This document shows positions 52,273 to 63,080 of a stretch of 64,000 nt of DNA, one piece after another (the first letter of the stretch is position 1; the number at the start of each line of letters is the position of its first letter). The DNA lies in the NCBI GenBank assembly GCA_963726195.1, contig CAVSBO010000016.1:128001-192000 (forward strand). The letters are read 5' to 3'. A program made the translations under genes and the position numbers. The notes below the pieces were generated by a model. The model saw only the letters and a program-made list of their open reading frames with translations. It had not been told where the DNA came from and did no database searches. This stretch comes from Candidatus Thorarchaeota archaeon (GTDB lineage: Archaea > Asgardarchaeota > Thorarchaeia > Thorarchaeales > Thorarchaeaceae).

Positions 52273-53520
52273 TTAGGAAGTCTGCTCAATAAGGCTTTGA
52301 AGTCCTGTCAGAAGGATGTTGATATCGGCCCGGTTGTTGTAAATGTATATTGAAGCTCGTGCCGTCCCCTTGGATGGTGGAATTCCCACTTGATAGTGGA
52401 AAGGTCCCGCACAATGCCATCCACTCCTAATCATGACGGCGTACTTGTCGTTCAGGAAAGTTGCGATGTCATGTGCAGACTCAACTGTGTCAACAACGAA
52501 AGTAACAAGCCCTGTTCTCAGATTCACGTCATCCGGCCCGAGGAAGTGCACTTGACTCAGTTGCTTGAGCCCTTCCAAAGCGGCTCGAAGAAGCTCCCTT
52601 TCATGCGCTTCAATCTCATGCATTCCGATAGATTGCAGGTAATCTGCTGCGGCCCCGGCACCTATTGCGCCTGCGTAGTTCTGCAGTCCAGCCTCAAACT
52701 TCTGAGGAGGCGGGAGATAGGTGGGCACGATGCGGCCATCCTCAAATCTCACGTCGCTGACCGTGTTTCCTCCAACCAGAAACATGTCCATCGATTCTAG
52801 GAGATTCATCTTGCCATAGAGCACACCCATTCCTGTTGGACCGCACATCTTATGAACTGAGATGGCTGAGAAGTCCACATCTAGGTCCCGAACATCTAGC
52901 GGATGATGTGGAGCGTATTGTGCATCATCTGAGACCACTAACGCACCCCTATCATGCGCAATCTCGATTATCTCTCTTAGCGGCGCTATTGTGCCTGTCA
53001 CATTGGAAGAGTGTACTACTGAAACCATCTTTGTACTGCTGTCTATTGCTTTCTTCCAATCCTCAATGTCGAAAGTTCCATCGTTGCGGGCCTTGACCAC
53101 TTCCAACTTCAAGCCAGTTCTCTTTGCCCTCTCTACGAAGGGCAGCGAACCGCTATGGTGCTCCAAGCTTGTCGTCACTATCTTGGACCCTCTTTCGATT
53201 CGCACCGAATTAGCCACCAAGTTGAGTGACTCGGTGGCATTTCGGGTCCAGATACACTCGCCCGGTTGTGCTGCGTTTATGAATCTCGCAAACTTGTCTC
53301 TGGCTTTCGAATAAGCATCAGATGCCTCTTCACCAAGTGTATGGATGCTCCGACCCGCGCAGGCAGGAAAACGCTCGTAGTACTCATTCATGGCGCTTAT
53401 GACCTGACGAGGCTTCAGGGCCATACATGCACTATCAAGATACACAATGGGGCGACCATTGATCTTCCGCCCGAGAACAGGAAAATCGGATCTTATTCGG
53501 GACCAAGATTTGTCGTTCAT
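52273..53520 (-). CDS. sufS: SufS-type cysteine desulfurase
   Basis: VYLDSA, LEHHS, DDAQ, SVHKMCGPTG, RSGWHCA. Confidence 0.9.
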   Translation of the reverse strand: MNDKSWSRIRSDFPVLGRKINGRPIVYLDSACMALKPRQVISAMNEYYERFPACAGRSIHTLGEEASDAYSKARDKFARFINAAQPGECIWTRNATESLNLVANSVRIERGSKIVTTSLEHHSGSLPFVERAKRTGLKLEVVKARNDGTFDIEDWKKAIDSSTKMVSVVHSSNVTGTIAPLREIIEIAHDRGALVVSDDAQYAPHHPLDVRDLDVDFSAISVHKMCGPTGMGVLYGKMNLLESMDMFLVGGNTVSDVRFEDGRIVPTYLPPPQKFEAGLQNYAGAIGAGAAADYLQSIGMHEIEAHERELLRAALEGLKQLSQVHFLGPDDVNLRTGLVTFVVDTVESAHDIATFLNDKYAVMIRSGWHCAGPFHYQVGIPPSKGTARASIYIYNNRADINILLTGLQSLIEQTS

Positions 53521-53522
53521 TC

Positions 53523-53756
53523 TCAGTTCCTCACGATTTGCCAGCGGTATCCACCTTTTCCGAGTTTTCTAGTGACAAGACCCCGCTCCACCAGCTGATT
53601 GGCAGCGACAACGAATGTGTCACCCCCGGCACAGTCGCTGCATATCTCTGCATATTCAGCCCTCCGTGCAAGGTCTAGAACCTCGGAAGTAGTGAGTGAG
53701 ACGCCTGCTTCCAAGATCTTCAGTACGCATTGGGCATTTCTTGATAGCGTGGACAC
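53523..53756 (-). CDS. Small winged-helix protein
   Basis: 77 aa, LVERGLVTRK..KGGYRW; coupled to sufS. Confidence 0.6.
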   Translation of the reverse strand: MSTLSRNAQCVLKILEAGVSLTTSEVLDLARRAEYAEICSDCAGGDTFVVAANQLVERGLVTRKLGKGGYRWQIVRN

Positions 53757-53918
53757 TGTCCATTCGGTCCAGAGCGCGGAATAAGAAACCTTCGAAGATA
53801 GGACATACTGAGTAACTTAACATAATGCTTAAATGACGCCAATCGGGGCCTATAGTTGTTCTATTTCTTTCCGTGCCTAGTAGCTCGGTCTGTGTGAAAT
53901 AGGCGAAGGTGTACGGTG

Positions 53919-54170
53919 ATGGGAAGAAGAAGAAGGCAGAAAATCCGGACAAGACCTCAGAAGCGAATTCCAGACATCTATCAATGTCCGGACTGTGGCA
54001 ACGCCGCAATCAAGATAGAACTCTTAAGGGACAAGAGTATCGCGACAGTCAAGTGTGGGTCATGCGGCCTAGAAATGACCATTGATGAAGTGAGTTCACT
54101 CACTGAACCAGTAGATGTCTATGGCAGCTTCATAGACAAATTCTATGAAGGAGACAAAGCAGCGAGATAG
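53919..54170 (+). CDS. elf1: Transcription elongation factor Elf1
   Basis: MGRRRR, CPDCG...CGSCG, EPVDVYGSFID. Confidence 0.92.
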   Translation: MGRRRRQKIRTRPQKRIPDIYQCPDCGNAAIKIELLRDKSIATVKCGSCGLEMTIDEVSSLTEPVDVYGSFIDKFYEGDKAAR

Positions 54171-54236
54171 GCTATTTGTTTCTCTGCACTCAGCAACGAT
54201 TATAAGTATGGCTCAGTCAGAAGGAGCCCGACGCCT

Positions 54237-54347
54237 ATGCAGCAAAGCCTCATCCCAATCGTTGACATTCTCCTGAGCATCCTGGGTATTGTGGCCCTTC
54301 TGCTTGTGTTGGGTTATATTGCCTACGGTGAAGAGGAAGAGGAATAG
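54237..54347 (+). CDS. 36-aa single-pass membrane micropeptide (not in the ORF track)
   Basis: MQQSLIPIVDILLSILGIVALLLVLGYIAYGEEEEE; TATA-like TTATAA and AAGGAG upstream. Confidence 0.55.
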   Translation: MQQSLIPIVDILLSILGIVALLLVLGYIAYGEEEEE

Positions 54348-54372
54348 CATCCCTTGTATTGAGCGCAGTCAT

Positions 54373-54612
54373 ATGAATGCCCTAGAGTCAGTGCTTCGCT
54401 TAGCATTCGACAATTCTGCGCCCTATATTACCAACTTGGACGCAGTGCGATTGCTGATTCAGCAGGCCGTGGCGCATACTGTCTCGGTCGACGACGCAAT
54501 TGCCTACATCGAGAACAGGCCTCCTGATGCAGAGGTCACGCTCAAGACTGACATCCGTATCTTGGTTGCAGCAATTCGCCATGCCGCCCGACAAAGGAAG
54601 TTGTCTGGATGA
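54373..54612 (+). CDS. Hypothetical protein
   Basis: 79-aa helical ORF with ATGA overlap to lhr. Confidence 0.6.
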   Translation: MNALESVLRLAFDNSAPYITNLDAVRLLIQQAVAHTVSVDDAIAYIENRPPDAEVTLKTDIRILVAAIRHAARQRKLSG

Positions 54613-57449
54613 GTGTCTTTGAGTCGCTGGGACCAGAAATCACTGGGTTCCTATCCGACCAAGGCATTCAGTCGCCAACTCCAATTCAGGAACTGGCTAT
54701 TCCCAAGATTCTTTATGATCGTAGCGATGCATTGCTCTTGGCTCCCACGGGCAGTGGCAAGACAGAAGCGGCACTCTTGCCCCTGTTGAGAATCCTGAAA
54801 GAAAAACAGCTCAAGAGCGAGTTGTACGGAATCTACATTCTGTACATAACACCGCTCAGGGCATTGAATCGAGATGTACTTGCCCGCATAGAGACCCTAT
54901 GCAATCGTCTGGGTCTGAGTGTAGCGGTACGCCACGGCGATACGACACAGTATGTGCGTAGACAACAAGCCCTGAATCCCCCCAATCTTTTGATAACAAC
55001 ACCGGAATCGCTTCAGGCAATCTTGCCAGCCCAGAGACTCAGATATCATCTGAGAACTGTCTTTGCAGTCGTTGTCGACGAAATCCACGAAATGGCAGAC
55101 AGCAAAAGAGGCACACAGCTGAGCCTTGGTCTCGAACGACTCAATCGCATTGTGGGCTCACGGGTCCAACGGATTGGGTTGTCTGCCACGGTCGGAAATC
55201 CGAAAGATGTCGCTGCCCTGTTGGGTGGAACCGGGCGGCAAGTTGGAGTTCTGTGGGCTGGATATGAAATGCGCAAGATGAATCTCAAGGTGGAGATGCC
55301 TGTCCCAAATGCGGACGATCAGAGATTTCGAGGAGAATCTCATATCCAATGAACTCTACAGCACGGCTTCGCAGGATAGTTGAACTGATTTTATCACACA
55401 ACTCAACAATAGTATTCACAAATACGAGGTCGTTTGCAGAAGTCTTGGGCGCCAAGATGCACGCACTCAAGCCGCCGTTTGACTTTGATGTGCACCATGG
55501 GTCACTGTCGAAAGATGCTCGGATGTTGGCCGAGACACGACTCAAGCAGGGTTTGTCAAGAGCCGTAATTGCGACCTCCAGCCTGGAGCTCGGCATAGAC
55601 ATAGGCCACGCGGACCTCGTTCTACAGTATTCTTCCCCGAGAGAAGTATCGCGCGCTCTGCAGCGGGCTGGGCGAGCAGGTCATCGCCTAGATAAGGTAG
55701 CAGAAGGTGTCTTTCTAGCCACGGTCAATTTGGATGATGTCACAGAATCGGCAGTCATACTCAAACGAGCTCATGCGAACAAGGTTGAAGATGCCAGAAT
55801 CCCGGTGAAGGCATGGGATGTTCTGTGCCATCAGGTTGCCGGGATTCTCCTCGATGTCGGTGAAGTTGATTTCGACAGTCTTCTGAGGTTTGTGCGCTCG
55901 GCCCTCCCGTATGCAGAAATGACCTCTGAGGAGCTGGCTTCACTTCTTGATTTCATGAGTGGTAAGAGAATTGTCAGTATCAAAGGGCTTAGGATCAGTG
56001 GGACACGAGCGACCCGCCTTTTCTACTACGACCACCTAAGTACGATTCCGGATGTCAGGCAAGTGAGTGCCTTAGATATGACTACACGCACTTCAATTGG
56101 TGTGTTGGACGAAGACTATGTGACGGAAAACATACAGGCTGGCTCTCTCTTCGTGATCCGGGGCAGACCTTGGACTGTTGTTAGTGTGGATGAGGACGAG
56201 GTTATCTGTGCCCCAGCTGGTAGTACTGACTCTGAAGCACCACATTGGATTGGAGAGATGATTCCCGTACCCTACGAGGTTGCTTCAGAGGTTTCAGAGT
56301 TGTGGCAGCATGTGCTCGAAGGAACTGATAGCGAAGTCAAGTCATGGCTGCACACTCGGTATGGTATCTCTGGACCCCCTCAGGAGTTCATTATCCGAAC
56401 CGTAAGAGAGAGCAATGATGCCTTAGGTTTCCTTCCGTCTCCTGAGTCTCTTCTGGTTGAGGATTTTGGCACAGGTCTGGTAATCCACGCCCCGTTAGGA
56501 ACCAGAGCAAATGAAACACTAGGGATTGTAGTCGCAGCGCTGCTCACGACACGCATTGGAATAGATGTTGGCGTTGAAAGAGACCCGTATAGAATCCTCC
56601 TGACCTCGACTAGTCGTTTGGATCCTGAACGGGTTGTAGACATTCTGAAAGGATACAACGGAATCCAAGTGTCGTCGATTCTCAGATTAGCAGTCAAGCA
56701 CACGCAGAGCTTCTCCTCTCGCTTCGTACATGTCGCCCGTAGAATGGGAGTGATACGCAGGGATGCAAGAACCAAGGATGTCCCGGTTAGGCGACTCATA
56801 GCCAACCTCGAGGACGGGCCTGTTTTCGAAGAGGCAATGAGGGAAATCTTGCAAGAGAAGCTTGATGAAAAGCGAGTGATTGCCTTATTCGACAACATTT
56901 CCAAGGGACTGGTCGAAATACGTGTTGTCACTACCACAAAGCCTTCTCCTCTTGCTCGGTTAATAGTCGAGGAGAAGACACGCTTTGAGATACTAGGAGA
57001 AATCACTGATGAGAGCGAAATCCTTAGGCTTGTTGAAAGCAGGCTGACCGCTAGGCAGTTCAGGCTGGTATGCATGGCAAACGGTGATTGGGACTCGGTC
57101 CGGACCATATCTACGTTGGGCGATACAATAGAATGCCCAAACTGCGGCTCGCGTATGATAGCGGTCATGTCGCCCAGTGACTCGACACTCATGACAATAA
57201 TGAAGATGAGACGAGATGGCAAGTCTCTTTCGAGCGAAGAAATGATGGAGTATTCAGCTGCAGTTCTAACAGCAGAGCTTGTATCAACATATGGAAAGAA
57301 AGCTCTCGATGGTGCTGGCTGCACATGGGATTGGACCAAGGACAGCCTCTCGGGTTCTGCAATCTGCGACTACCGATAGGCTTACCCTCCTTAGAGAGAT
57401 TGTGAGAGCGGAACGGGAATATGCAAGGACAAGACCATTCTGGCAGTGA
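54609..57449 (+). CDS. lhr: Lhr-family DEAD/DEAH helicase, frameshifted (~55335, ~57310)
   Basis: APTGSGKT, TTPES, DEIHE, SAT, HHGS, LELGID, QRAGRAGH; C-terminal GIGP..A.R...RTRPFW. Confidence 0.93.
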
Positions 57450-58035
57450 GAGAAAGAAACCTCTCGTGGTGGTTGCAGGGCGAAGTAATGTCGGCAAGAG
57501 CAGTATAGTCAGAGCTCTCACTGGCAGGAGAGTCAGAATCGGAAAACGTCCCGGCACAACGGCTCACGAGGAGTTCATTGATCTCGACACTGTGGTCCTC
57601 GTTGATATGCCCGGATTCGGCTATGCTGCAGGAAAGAACAGAGCAGCCATAGAACGAATAAAGACCGAGATAGTACGAAAACTCGAAGAATGGGAGAACC
57701 GTTTGCTCTTGGCTGTCTTGGTCATAGATGTTTCTCTATTCAGAGAGATTGTGGAGCGATGGGAGAGTAGAAACGAAATCCCAGTTGACATCGAGTTCTA
57801 CGGTTTCTTGTCCGAGATATCCAAACACATTGTCGTCATCGCAAACAAGATTGACAAGATAACGAATAGGGAGAGGCAGGAGGAGATTGATTTCCTCCGT
57901 GCGAGACTCGCAGAGTCCGGTGAAACACCAGACATCATTCCTGTTTCAGCCAAGGAAAAAGATAGCATCAGAGATCTTAGAACAAGAATCGAATACATCC
58001 TGAAACAGGAGGGCTTGGAACTCCCCAAATGGTGA
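57421..58035 (+). CDS. engB: EngB/YihA GTP-binding protein
   Basis: GRSNVGKS, RPGTT, DMPGFG, NKIDK, SAK. Confidence 0.92.
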   Translation: MQGQDHSGSERKKPLVVVAGRSNVGKSSIVRALTGRRVRIGKRPGTTAHEEFIDLDTVVLVDMPGFGYAAGKNRAAIERIKTEIVRKLEEWENRLLLAVLVIDVSLFREIVERWESRNEIPVDIEFYGFLSEISKHIVVIANKIDKITNRERQEEIDFLRARLAESGETPDIIPVSAKEKDSIRDLRTRIEYILKQEGLELPKW

Positions 58036-58043
58036 CACAGGTA

Positions 58044-59127
58044 TCATTGTTTTCCTTTCCGGAATACGTAGACTATGACGCCGATGCCGAACAAAGCACA
58101 GGATATTGCGAGCATGGGGAGAACGGCCGAATCAGGGATAACGCGACCAGCTGTCAGCCAGCTCAACATATTCATGAATAGGCGAGCATTGTCAGCCATA
58201 TAGTACCATTTCGAGGTGGCTTTGGCAATGTCGATTGCGCGACCAGTAAACATGATTGTTGAACCTGAGATTATGATTCTGCTTCCATTGTATTCGAAGG
58301 CAGAAAGCCACGGTGGCAGTGTTCCATTGATGGCGGAGTAGTTAAGTGGCCACTTGTTCAGTTCGTCCAATGTCATATTGGGGAACGAGAAGTTTCCCCA
58401 TGTATTCGGTCCCTTCCGAAACTGGGCAAACGACGTCTTGTATCCTCGTGCAACTGAGCTCGAGAGGGGCAAAGGTTTGAGTGTCGCCGTCATCAGTACG
58501 AGCCCGTTGATATCTTTGAAGATAGGATGGTTCGTGTCCCAAGTCGTGGGATCCATCTGTATGACCCACGGGTAGGATTTGTTCACCGCCTGCTTGTAAT
58601 CAAACATGGTGTCTGCATAGGATGTGTCCGTCGTATTGATGCTGAATCGAACACCTGTTATGTTCATCATGTCCAGAAGTCCGTTTATGACAATGTTGTC
58701 ACCCAGACTCTGAAGGGCTGAGTCAGTCCAATACGTGGAGTTTTGAGAGATAGTGGGGTCGCCGAGGATTAACAGTGAACTACCGTTGTTCAGAAACCTG
58801 TGAATCGACACCGCCTCGGAACTGCTGAACGATGAACCCGGAGAAGCGATAACAAGAACATCCGCACCCTGCAGTACGCTATCATTCAGAGGCGAGCCAC
58901 TATGAACGCGGACTATGTACCTCGTTGATGCATTGACCATGTCGAGTACGAGCTTCAGGCCTTTGTCTGCATCGTCAGTGGCGAAATGCGGCGAGTGGCT
59001 GGCGTCGACTAATATGACTATTGGGTTCAAGGGAGCCTGAGCACTAGCGGGACACTGCAGAAATGACATAGAAAGAGCTGACTATGAGAAGTGTGGTGCC
59101 GATTTGAGTCCTACTCAGCCGCGTCAT
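58044..59127 (-). CDS. Membrane-anchored secreted protein with GldG/IFT52/Wbp1-like domain (signal peptide frameshifted)
   Basis: ILVDASH, DVLVIASP, RFL.NG.SLLILGD, SRIIISGS...F, DNARLF.N.L.WL, C-terminal TM, many N-x-S/T sites. Confidence 0.65.
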
Positions 59128-59218
59128 GGATTGTTTCAACCTTCAGGCTCAGACTGGAAGCCTGACGGGAGGGCGTTTTTTAAACTTATCCTCATAGCGA
59201 GGGAGTTCATCCGGTCAG

Positions 59219-59605
59219 CTAGTCGGTTCTTCTCCAGTTGACGAAGAGGCTTCGCCTGTCAGCATCAGTTGACTCTATTGTCTCGTAAGAGTTACGGATT
59301 TCCGCAATTCTCTGGGCAAGGAGGTGGTAGCATGCGTCCACTTTCCTTGCTACGACCACTGACTGATAGAAGCTCCTGCAACTGCAATAGACCTCAGGAA
59401 TGACGAGATACTCTCGTCTGAGCCCTTTGATAATCCATGCAGTTGAGCCGCTCGGTTTGAAATGGTATATAGCGACTCGGCCCTCCTCAACAGCTCTTAA
59501 CGCTCTGACGAATCTTAGCCCATACTTTCCCCTGAAATACTCGATATCAGCCTGTCTTAATTCGTCTTGAGACAGGAGGGCGACCTCATGGGCTGTAAAT
59601 GTCAT
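59219..59605 (-). CDS. SWIM zinc-finger protein (SWS1/ZSWIM7-like)
   Basis: YCSCRSF...CYHLLA (CxC...CxH). Confidence 0.82.
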   Translation of the reverse strand: MTFTAHEVALLSQDELRQADIEYFRGKYGLRFVRALRAVEEGRVAIYHFKPSGSTAWIIKGLRREYLVIPEVYCSCRSFYQSVVVARKVDACYHLLAQRIAEIRNSYETIESTDADRRSLFVNWRRTD

Positions 59606-59668
59606 TTCTCATCACGCGATTATCTGTATGACTATGCTAAAATGCTCCGGGCTTCCTTCTTGCAAGCG

Positions 59669-60502
59669 ATGGAGATAATCCTTGACAACAGCTGCCTCGT
59701 TGTGCGCTCTAATGTGCTGAATGCGCTTCTGGTGTCCGATATACATTTGGGTTATCATATCGAACTAGAACGCAATACAGGCGTTCACTTTCCGTCAGAC
59801 TATCCGTCATTGTTGAACCAGCTTCAGGCTATGATCAGGAAGCACTCTGTTTCTTCGCTATACATCATTGGGGACCTAAAGCACACAATTGTCCCTGACA
59901 TCTCATATGATTGGGAGATTGTCCCAGAATTCATGAAACGAATTTCAAAGGACGTTGAGACCACAATCATACCGGGCAATCATGACGGAGCAATAGAGGC
60001 GCTTCTTCCAAGGAAAGTGAAAGTTGCAGATGTTCATGGGTTGGTTATTGGAGAAGAGAATGACTCAATTGGGTTAGTTCATGGTCACGCATGGCCATCC
60101 GCAGACCTTCTGCGTTCTTCTGTCATTGTGGTCGGACACAACCACCCAAGCTTGAATCGTATCAGGACTGTGTCGACGAGCATTGATGGCAGACAAATCC
60201 GAAGAAGATCAGTTGGATCTATGCCAGTATCGCTCCGTTCGAGATTGAACAAGAACTGTGTCCGCAGGAATATCGGAGTACCGGAAGACCCAGACGACCC
60301 CGAAGGCATCCTGATAACCCTGCCAAGCTTTAACGCCCTAATCTCCGGGATTCAAGTCAATCTATCCGGCTCGAATCTGCAGGGGCCAGTATTCGAAAGC
60401 GGATGTGCAGAGTTTGGTAGCTCCGAAGTCTATAGTGCCGATGGAGTATTCCTGGGGACTGTAGACGCACTACGAGCGTCAGCGGACGAAACCATTAAAT
60501 GA
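59669..60502 (+). CDS. Metallophosphoesterase (calcineurin-like)
   Basis: SDIHLG, GDLKH, GNHD, HGH, GHNHP, LPSFN. Confidence 0.9.
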   Translation: MEIILDNSCLVVRSNVLNALLVSDIHLGYHIELERNTGVHFPSDYPSLLNQLQAMIRKHSVSSLYIIGDLKHTIVPDISYDWEIVPEFMKRISKDVETTIIPGNHDGAIEALLPRKVKVADVHGLVIGEENDSIGLVHGHAWPSADLLRSSVIVVGHNHPSLNRIRTVSTSIDGRQIRRRSVGSMPVSLRSRLNKNCVRRNIGVPEDPDDPEGILITLPSFNALISGIQVNLSGSNLQGPVFESGCAEFGSSEVYSADGVFLGTVDALRASADETIK

Positions 60503-60527
60503 CTCCTGCCACGAGTCGTGAGTGCAT

Positions 60528-60635
60528 GGGTCGGTGGTCTAGCTTGGCTATGATTCTTGGTTCGGGACTCAAGAACTGATATCCAGATCTTGCCCGAGCA
60601 AGAGGTCGCCGGTTCAAATCCGGCCCGGCCCACCA
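60528..60635 (+). tRNA. tRNA-Pro(CGG) with a 30-nt intron at non-canonical position 39/40 (60569-60598), CCA encoded
   Basis: Acceptor GGGTCGG/CCGGCCC; after splicing, stem CTTGG/CCAAG and loop TT-CGG-GA; BHB CGGG/CCCG with ACT and AGC bulges and CAAGA/TCTTG outer helix. Confidence 0.9.
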
Positions 60636-60807
60636 CAATTCCGTCGTTGCAGGACCCACTCGTTTGAGACGCGATTGTGTTTCTAGTCAGTAATCCACAG
60701 ACAAACACTGCCCGGGCGCCCGGTGACATCGCATGGCATAATGCCGAAGAAAACCTTCAAAAGTACCGAAAGGCATTTGCGGGAACTCAGACAGCAGGGA
60801 GAGAGAA

Positions 60808-61749
60808 TTGGGTCAAGGGTCTGGCAAAGGGAAAGTCATTCTGTTTGGCGAACACTTCGTAGTGTATGGGCTTCCTGCACTTGCAGCAGGCATCGCCGCA
60901 GAAACGACCGCAAAAGTGACTAGGACAAAGGCAAGTGGCTGGACCATTGATGATCGCAGGCCAGAGACACCCGGCTACAAGGTGGAAAAAGCAGATGAGC
61001 AGAAGATGTCAACGGAGAACGTCATACGCCACTTGGGTTTGGACCTTTCCAAACAAGGCATCCACATTGAGCTCGGAGGAGACCTAGTAGCCGCATCTGG
61101 AATCGGAGCAAGCGCTGCGAACTGTGTCGCTTTGGCCCGGGCACTGAACGAGGAGTTTCGACTCGGCTTAAATAACGATCAGATTAACGAAGCCGCTTAC
61201 GAAGGTGAGAAGGGCTATCATGGTACGCCCTCAGGAATAGACAACACAGCATCCACATTTGGTGGTCTGATATGGTATGTAAGAGAACCAAGCAGTACAA
61301 CTCCTGTGTTCGAGAAGTTGAAACTCAAGAAACTGGTTGGGCTTGTCATTGCCTCCACTGGACTGACAGCTAGCACAAAGAAAGTCGTCGATGATGTGGC
61401 AGCAAAGAAGAAAGCGGATCCAAAATGGTTTGATTCCATTGTTGACGAATACAGAAGTCTTGTCAAGGACGGGCGTGAGTCCTTGCTCAGGATTGATCTC
61501 AAGAAGGTTGGACAGCTCATGAATAGGAACCATGAGCTGTTGCGATCATTGACTGTTTCCTGCCCGGAGCTAGACGGCCTCGTGGAACAGGCAATGGGAA
61601 ACGGCGCGCTGGGCGCGAAACTGACCGGGACGGGGAGAGGAGGCCTAATGATAGCCCTTGTTTCGGATCAGCGTGGAATGAATCGTGTGGCAGACTCTCT
61701 ACAGAAAGCAGGTGCGGCTGCAGTCTGGAAGACAAACTTCGGACAGTAA
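60808..61749 (+). CDS. mvk: Mevalonate kinase
   Basis: GKVILFGEHFVVYG, GIGASAA, HGTPSGID, GAKLTGTGRGG. Confidence 0.93.
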   Translation: MGQGSGKGKVILFGEHFVVYGLPALAAGIAAETTAKVTRTKASGWTIDDRRPETPGYKVEKADEQKMSTENVIRHLGLDLSKQGIHIELGGDLVAASGIGASAANCVALARALNEEFRLGLNNDQINEAAYEGEKGYHGTPSGIDNTASTFGGLIWYVREPSSTTPVFEKLKLKKLVGLVIASTGLTASTKKVVDDVAAKKKADPKWFDSIVDEYRSLVKDGRESLLRIDLKKVGQLMNRNHELLRSLTVSCPELDGLVEQAMGNGALGAKLTGTGRGGLMIALVSDQRGMNRVADSLQKAGAAAVWKTNFGQ

Positions 61750-61759
61750 TGAAGAGTGC

Positions 61760-63076
61760 ATGATTATGATACTGGAAGACTACATCAAGAAACTGTCTGC
61801 GCAAGGCGCACTGAAGACAGTACGCAAGCCTATCTCGAAGAACTTGGAAATAGCTGGAGTCCTTAAGGCTCTGGAACCGACACCCGTGCTCTTTGAAAGC
61901 GTGAAGGAATCCGGGTTCCGTGTCGCTGGCAACCTCTTCTGTAACAAGACGCAGATTGCAGACTACTTCGGCATCAAGCCCGAAGAAATGATTCCGACTT
62001 TAGCAAAAGCAATCGAACGTAAGAGCCCTCCAGAGAAGACCAAGAGTGCTCCGTGCCAGGAGGTTGTTGAGACCAGTGTGGACTTGGACAAGCTGCCAAT
62101 CCTTGTTCATAACAAGATTGATGGAGGCCCTTACATATCGGCCGGCGTTGTTGTTTCTGTTGACCCCGAGTATGGACAAAACTTGGACTTTCATAGAGCA
62201 ATGCAATTCGAGAAGAACCGGATGGCTGTCAGAGTTGTAAGCGGACGCGACTTCCATAAGTTTCTGGAAAGGAACGGAGAAGTCGATGTTGCCTTCTGTG
62301 TCGGCACGACGGCCGAAGTGCTTGTCGCCGCGGCAACATCCGTGGAGACCGGAGTGGACGAATTGCAGATAGCCAACGCGCTTAGACCGATTAGGGTCAC
62401 GCGGGCCAAGACTGTTGACTTGAGTATACCAGCAGACTCTGAGTTTGTGCTCGAAGGCCGTGTGTTCAATCAGGAAAGACATGCCGAGGGCCCATTCATA
62501 GATCTCACCGAGACTGTTGATGTGGTGCGGCAAGAACCTGTGTTTGAAGTGAAGAAAATCACCCACAGGAAAACGGCCATCTGGCAGGCTCTACTTCCGG
62601 GACGTTTGGAACACAAGATACTGATGGGAATGCCTCGCGAACCAACGGTTTACCGCAAAATCAAGGAACGCGGTGTGGATGTGATAGACGTGAGCATTAC
62701 CCCGGGCGGTGCAAGCTGGCTACACGTAGCGGCGAAAATCCGGAAGAAGGATGCAGACGATGGGCAGAAGGCAATCGAGGGCGCGTTTGCGGGGCACACG
62801 AGCGCGAAACACGTCTGGGTTTACGACGAGGATATCGACATCTACAATGAGCAAGAACGAGAATGGGCTATGGCCACTCGTTTTCAGGGCGACAAGAACA
62901 TGCATGTCAAAGCAAGGGAACCAGGGAGTTCTCTTGATCCAAGCGCTGAACCTGGTACGAAGATGACTACGAAAATCGGCTTTGATTGCACAAAGTCGCT
63001 CGACACGAAAGGCAAGAGCTACGATCGTGCCGAGTTTCCGAAAGTTGACCTGAAACGTTTCTTGGAGAGCGCGTGA
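61760..63076 (+). CDS. UbiD-family decarboxylase, likely anhydromevalonate phosphate decarboxylase
   Basis: DGGPYI, EFVLEG, EGPF.D, DEDIDI, EWA.ATRFQ, SSLDPS; lies between mvk and acnX. Confidence 0.85.
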   Translation: MIMILEDYIKKLSAQGALKTVRKPISKNLEIAGVLKALEPTPVLFESVKESGFRVAGNLFCNKTQIADYFGIKPEEMIPTLAKAIERKSPPEKTKSAPCQEVVETSVDLDKLPILVHNKIDGGPYISAGVVVSVDPEYGQNLDFHRAMQFEKNRMAVRVVSGRDFHKFLERNGEVDVAFCVGTTAEVLVAAATSVETGVDELQIANALRPIRVTRAKTVDLSIPADSEFVLEGRVFNQERHAEGPFIDLTETVDVVRQEPVFEVKKITHRKTAIWQALLPGRLEHKILMGMPREPTVYRKIKERGVDVIDVSITPGGASWLHVAAKIRKKDADDGQKAIEGAFAGHTSAKHVWVYDEDIDIYNEQEREWAMATRFQGDKNMHVKAREPGSSLDPSAEPGTKMTTKIGFDCTKSLDTKGKSYDRAEFPKVDLKRFLESA

Positions 63077-63080
63077 TTAA

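Noticed and set aside
56380-57339. Long antisense ORF (319 aa) and many other shadow ORFs
   Set aside because: They lie opposite or overlap well-supported genes and have no recognisable motifs.
886-57449. Programmed frameshifting or genome-wide pseudogenisation to explain the split genes
   Set aside because: No consistent slippery motif was seen and essential genes are affected; sequencing error is more parsimonious.
58044-58064. C-terminal RKGKQ as an ER-retrieval dilysine signal
   Set aside because: Lysines are at -2 and -4, not KKxx or KxKxx; ordinary positive-inside residues explain it.
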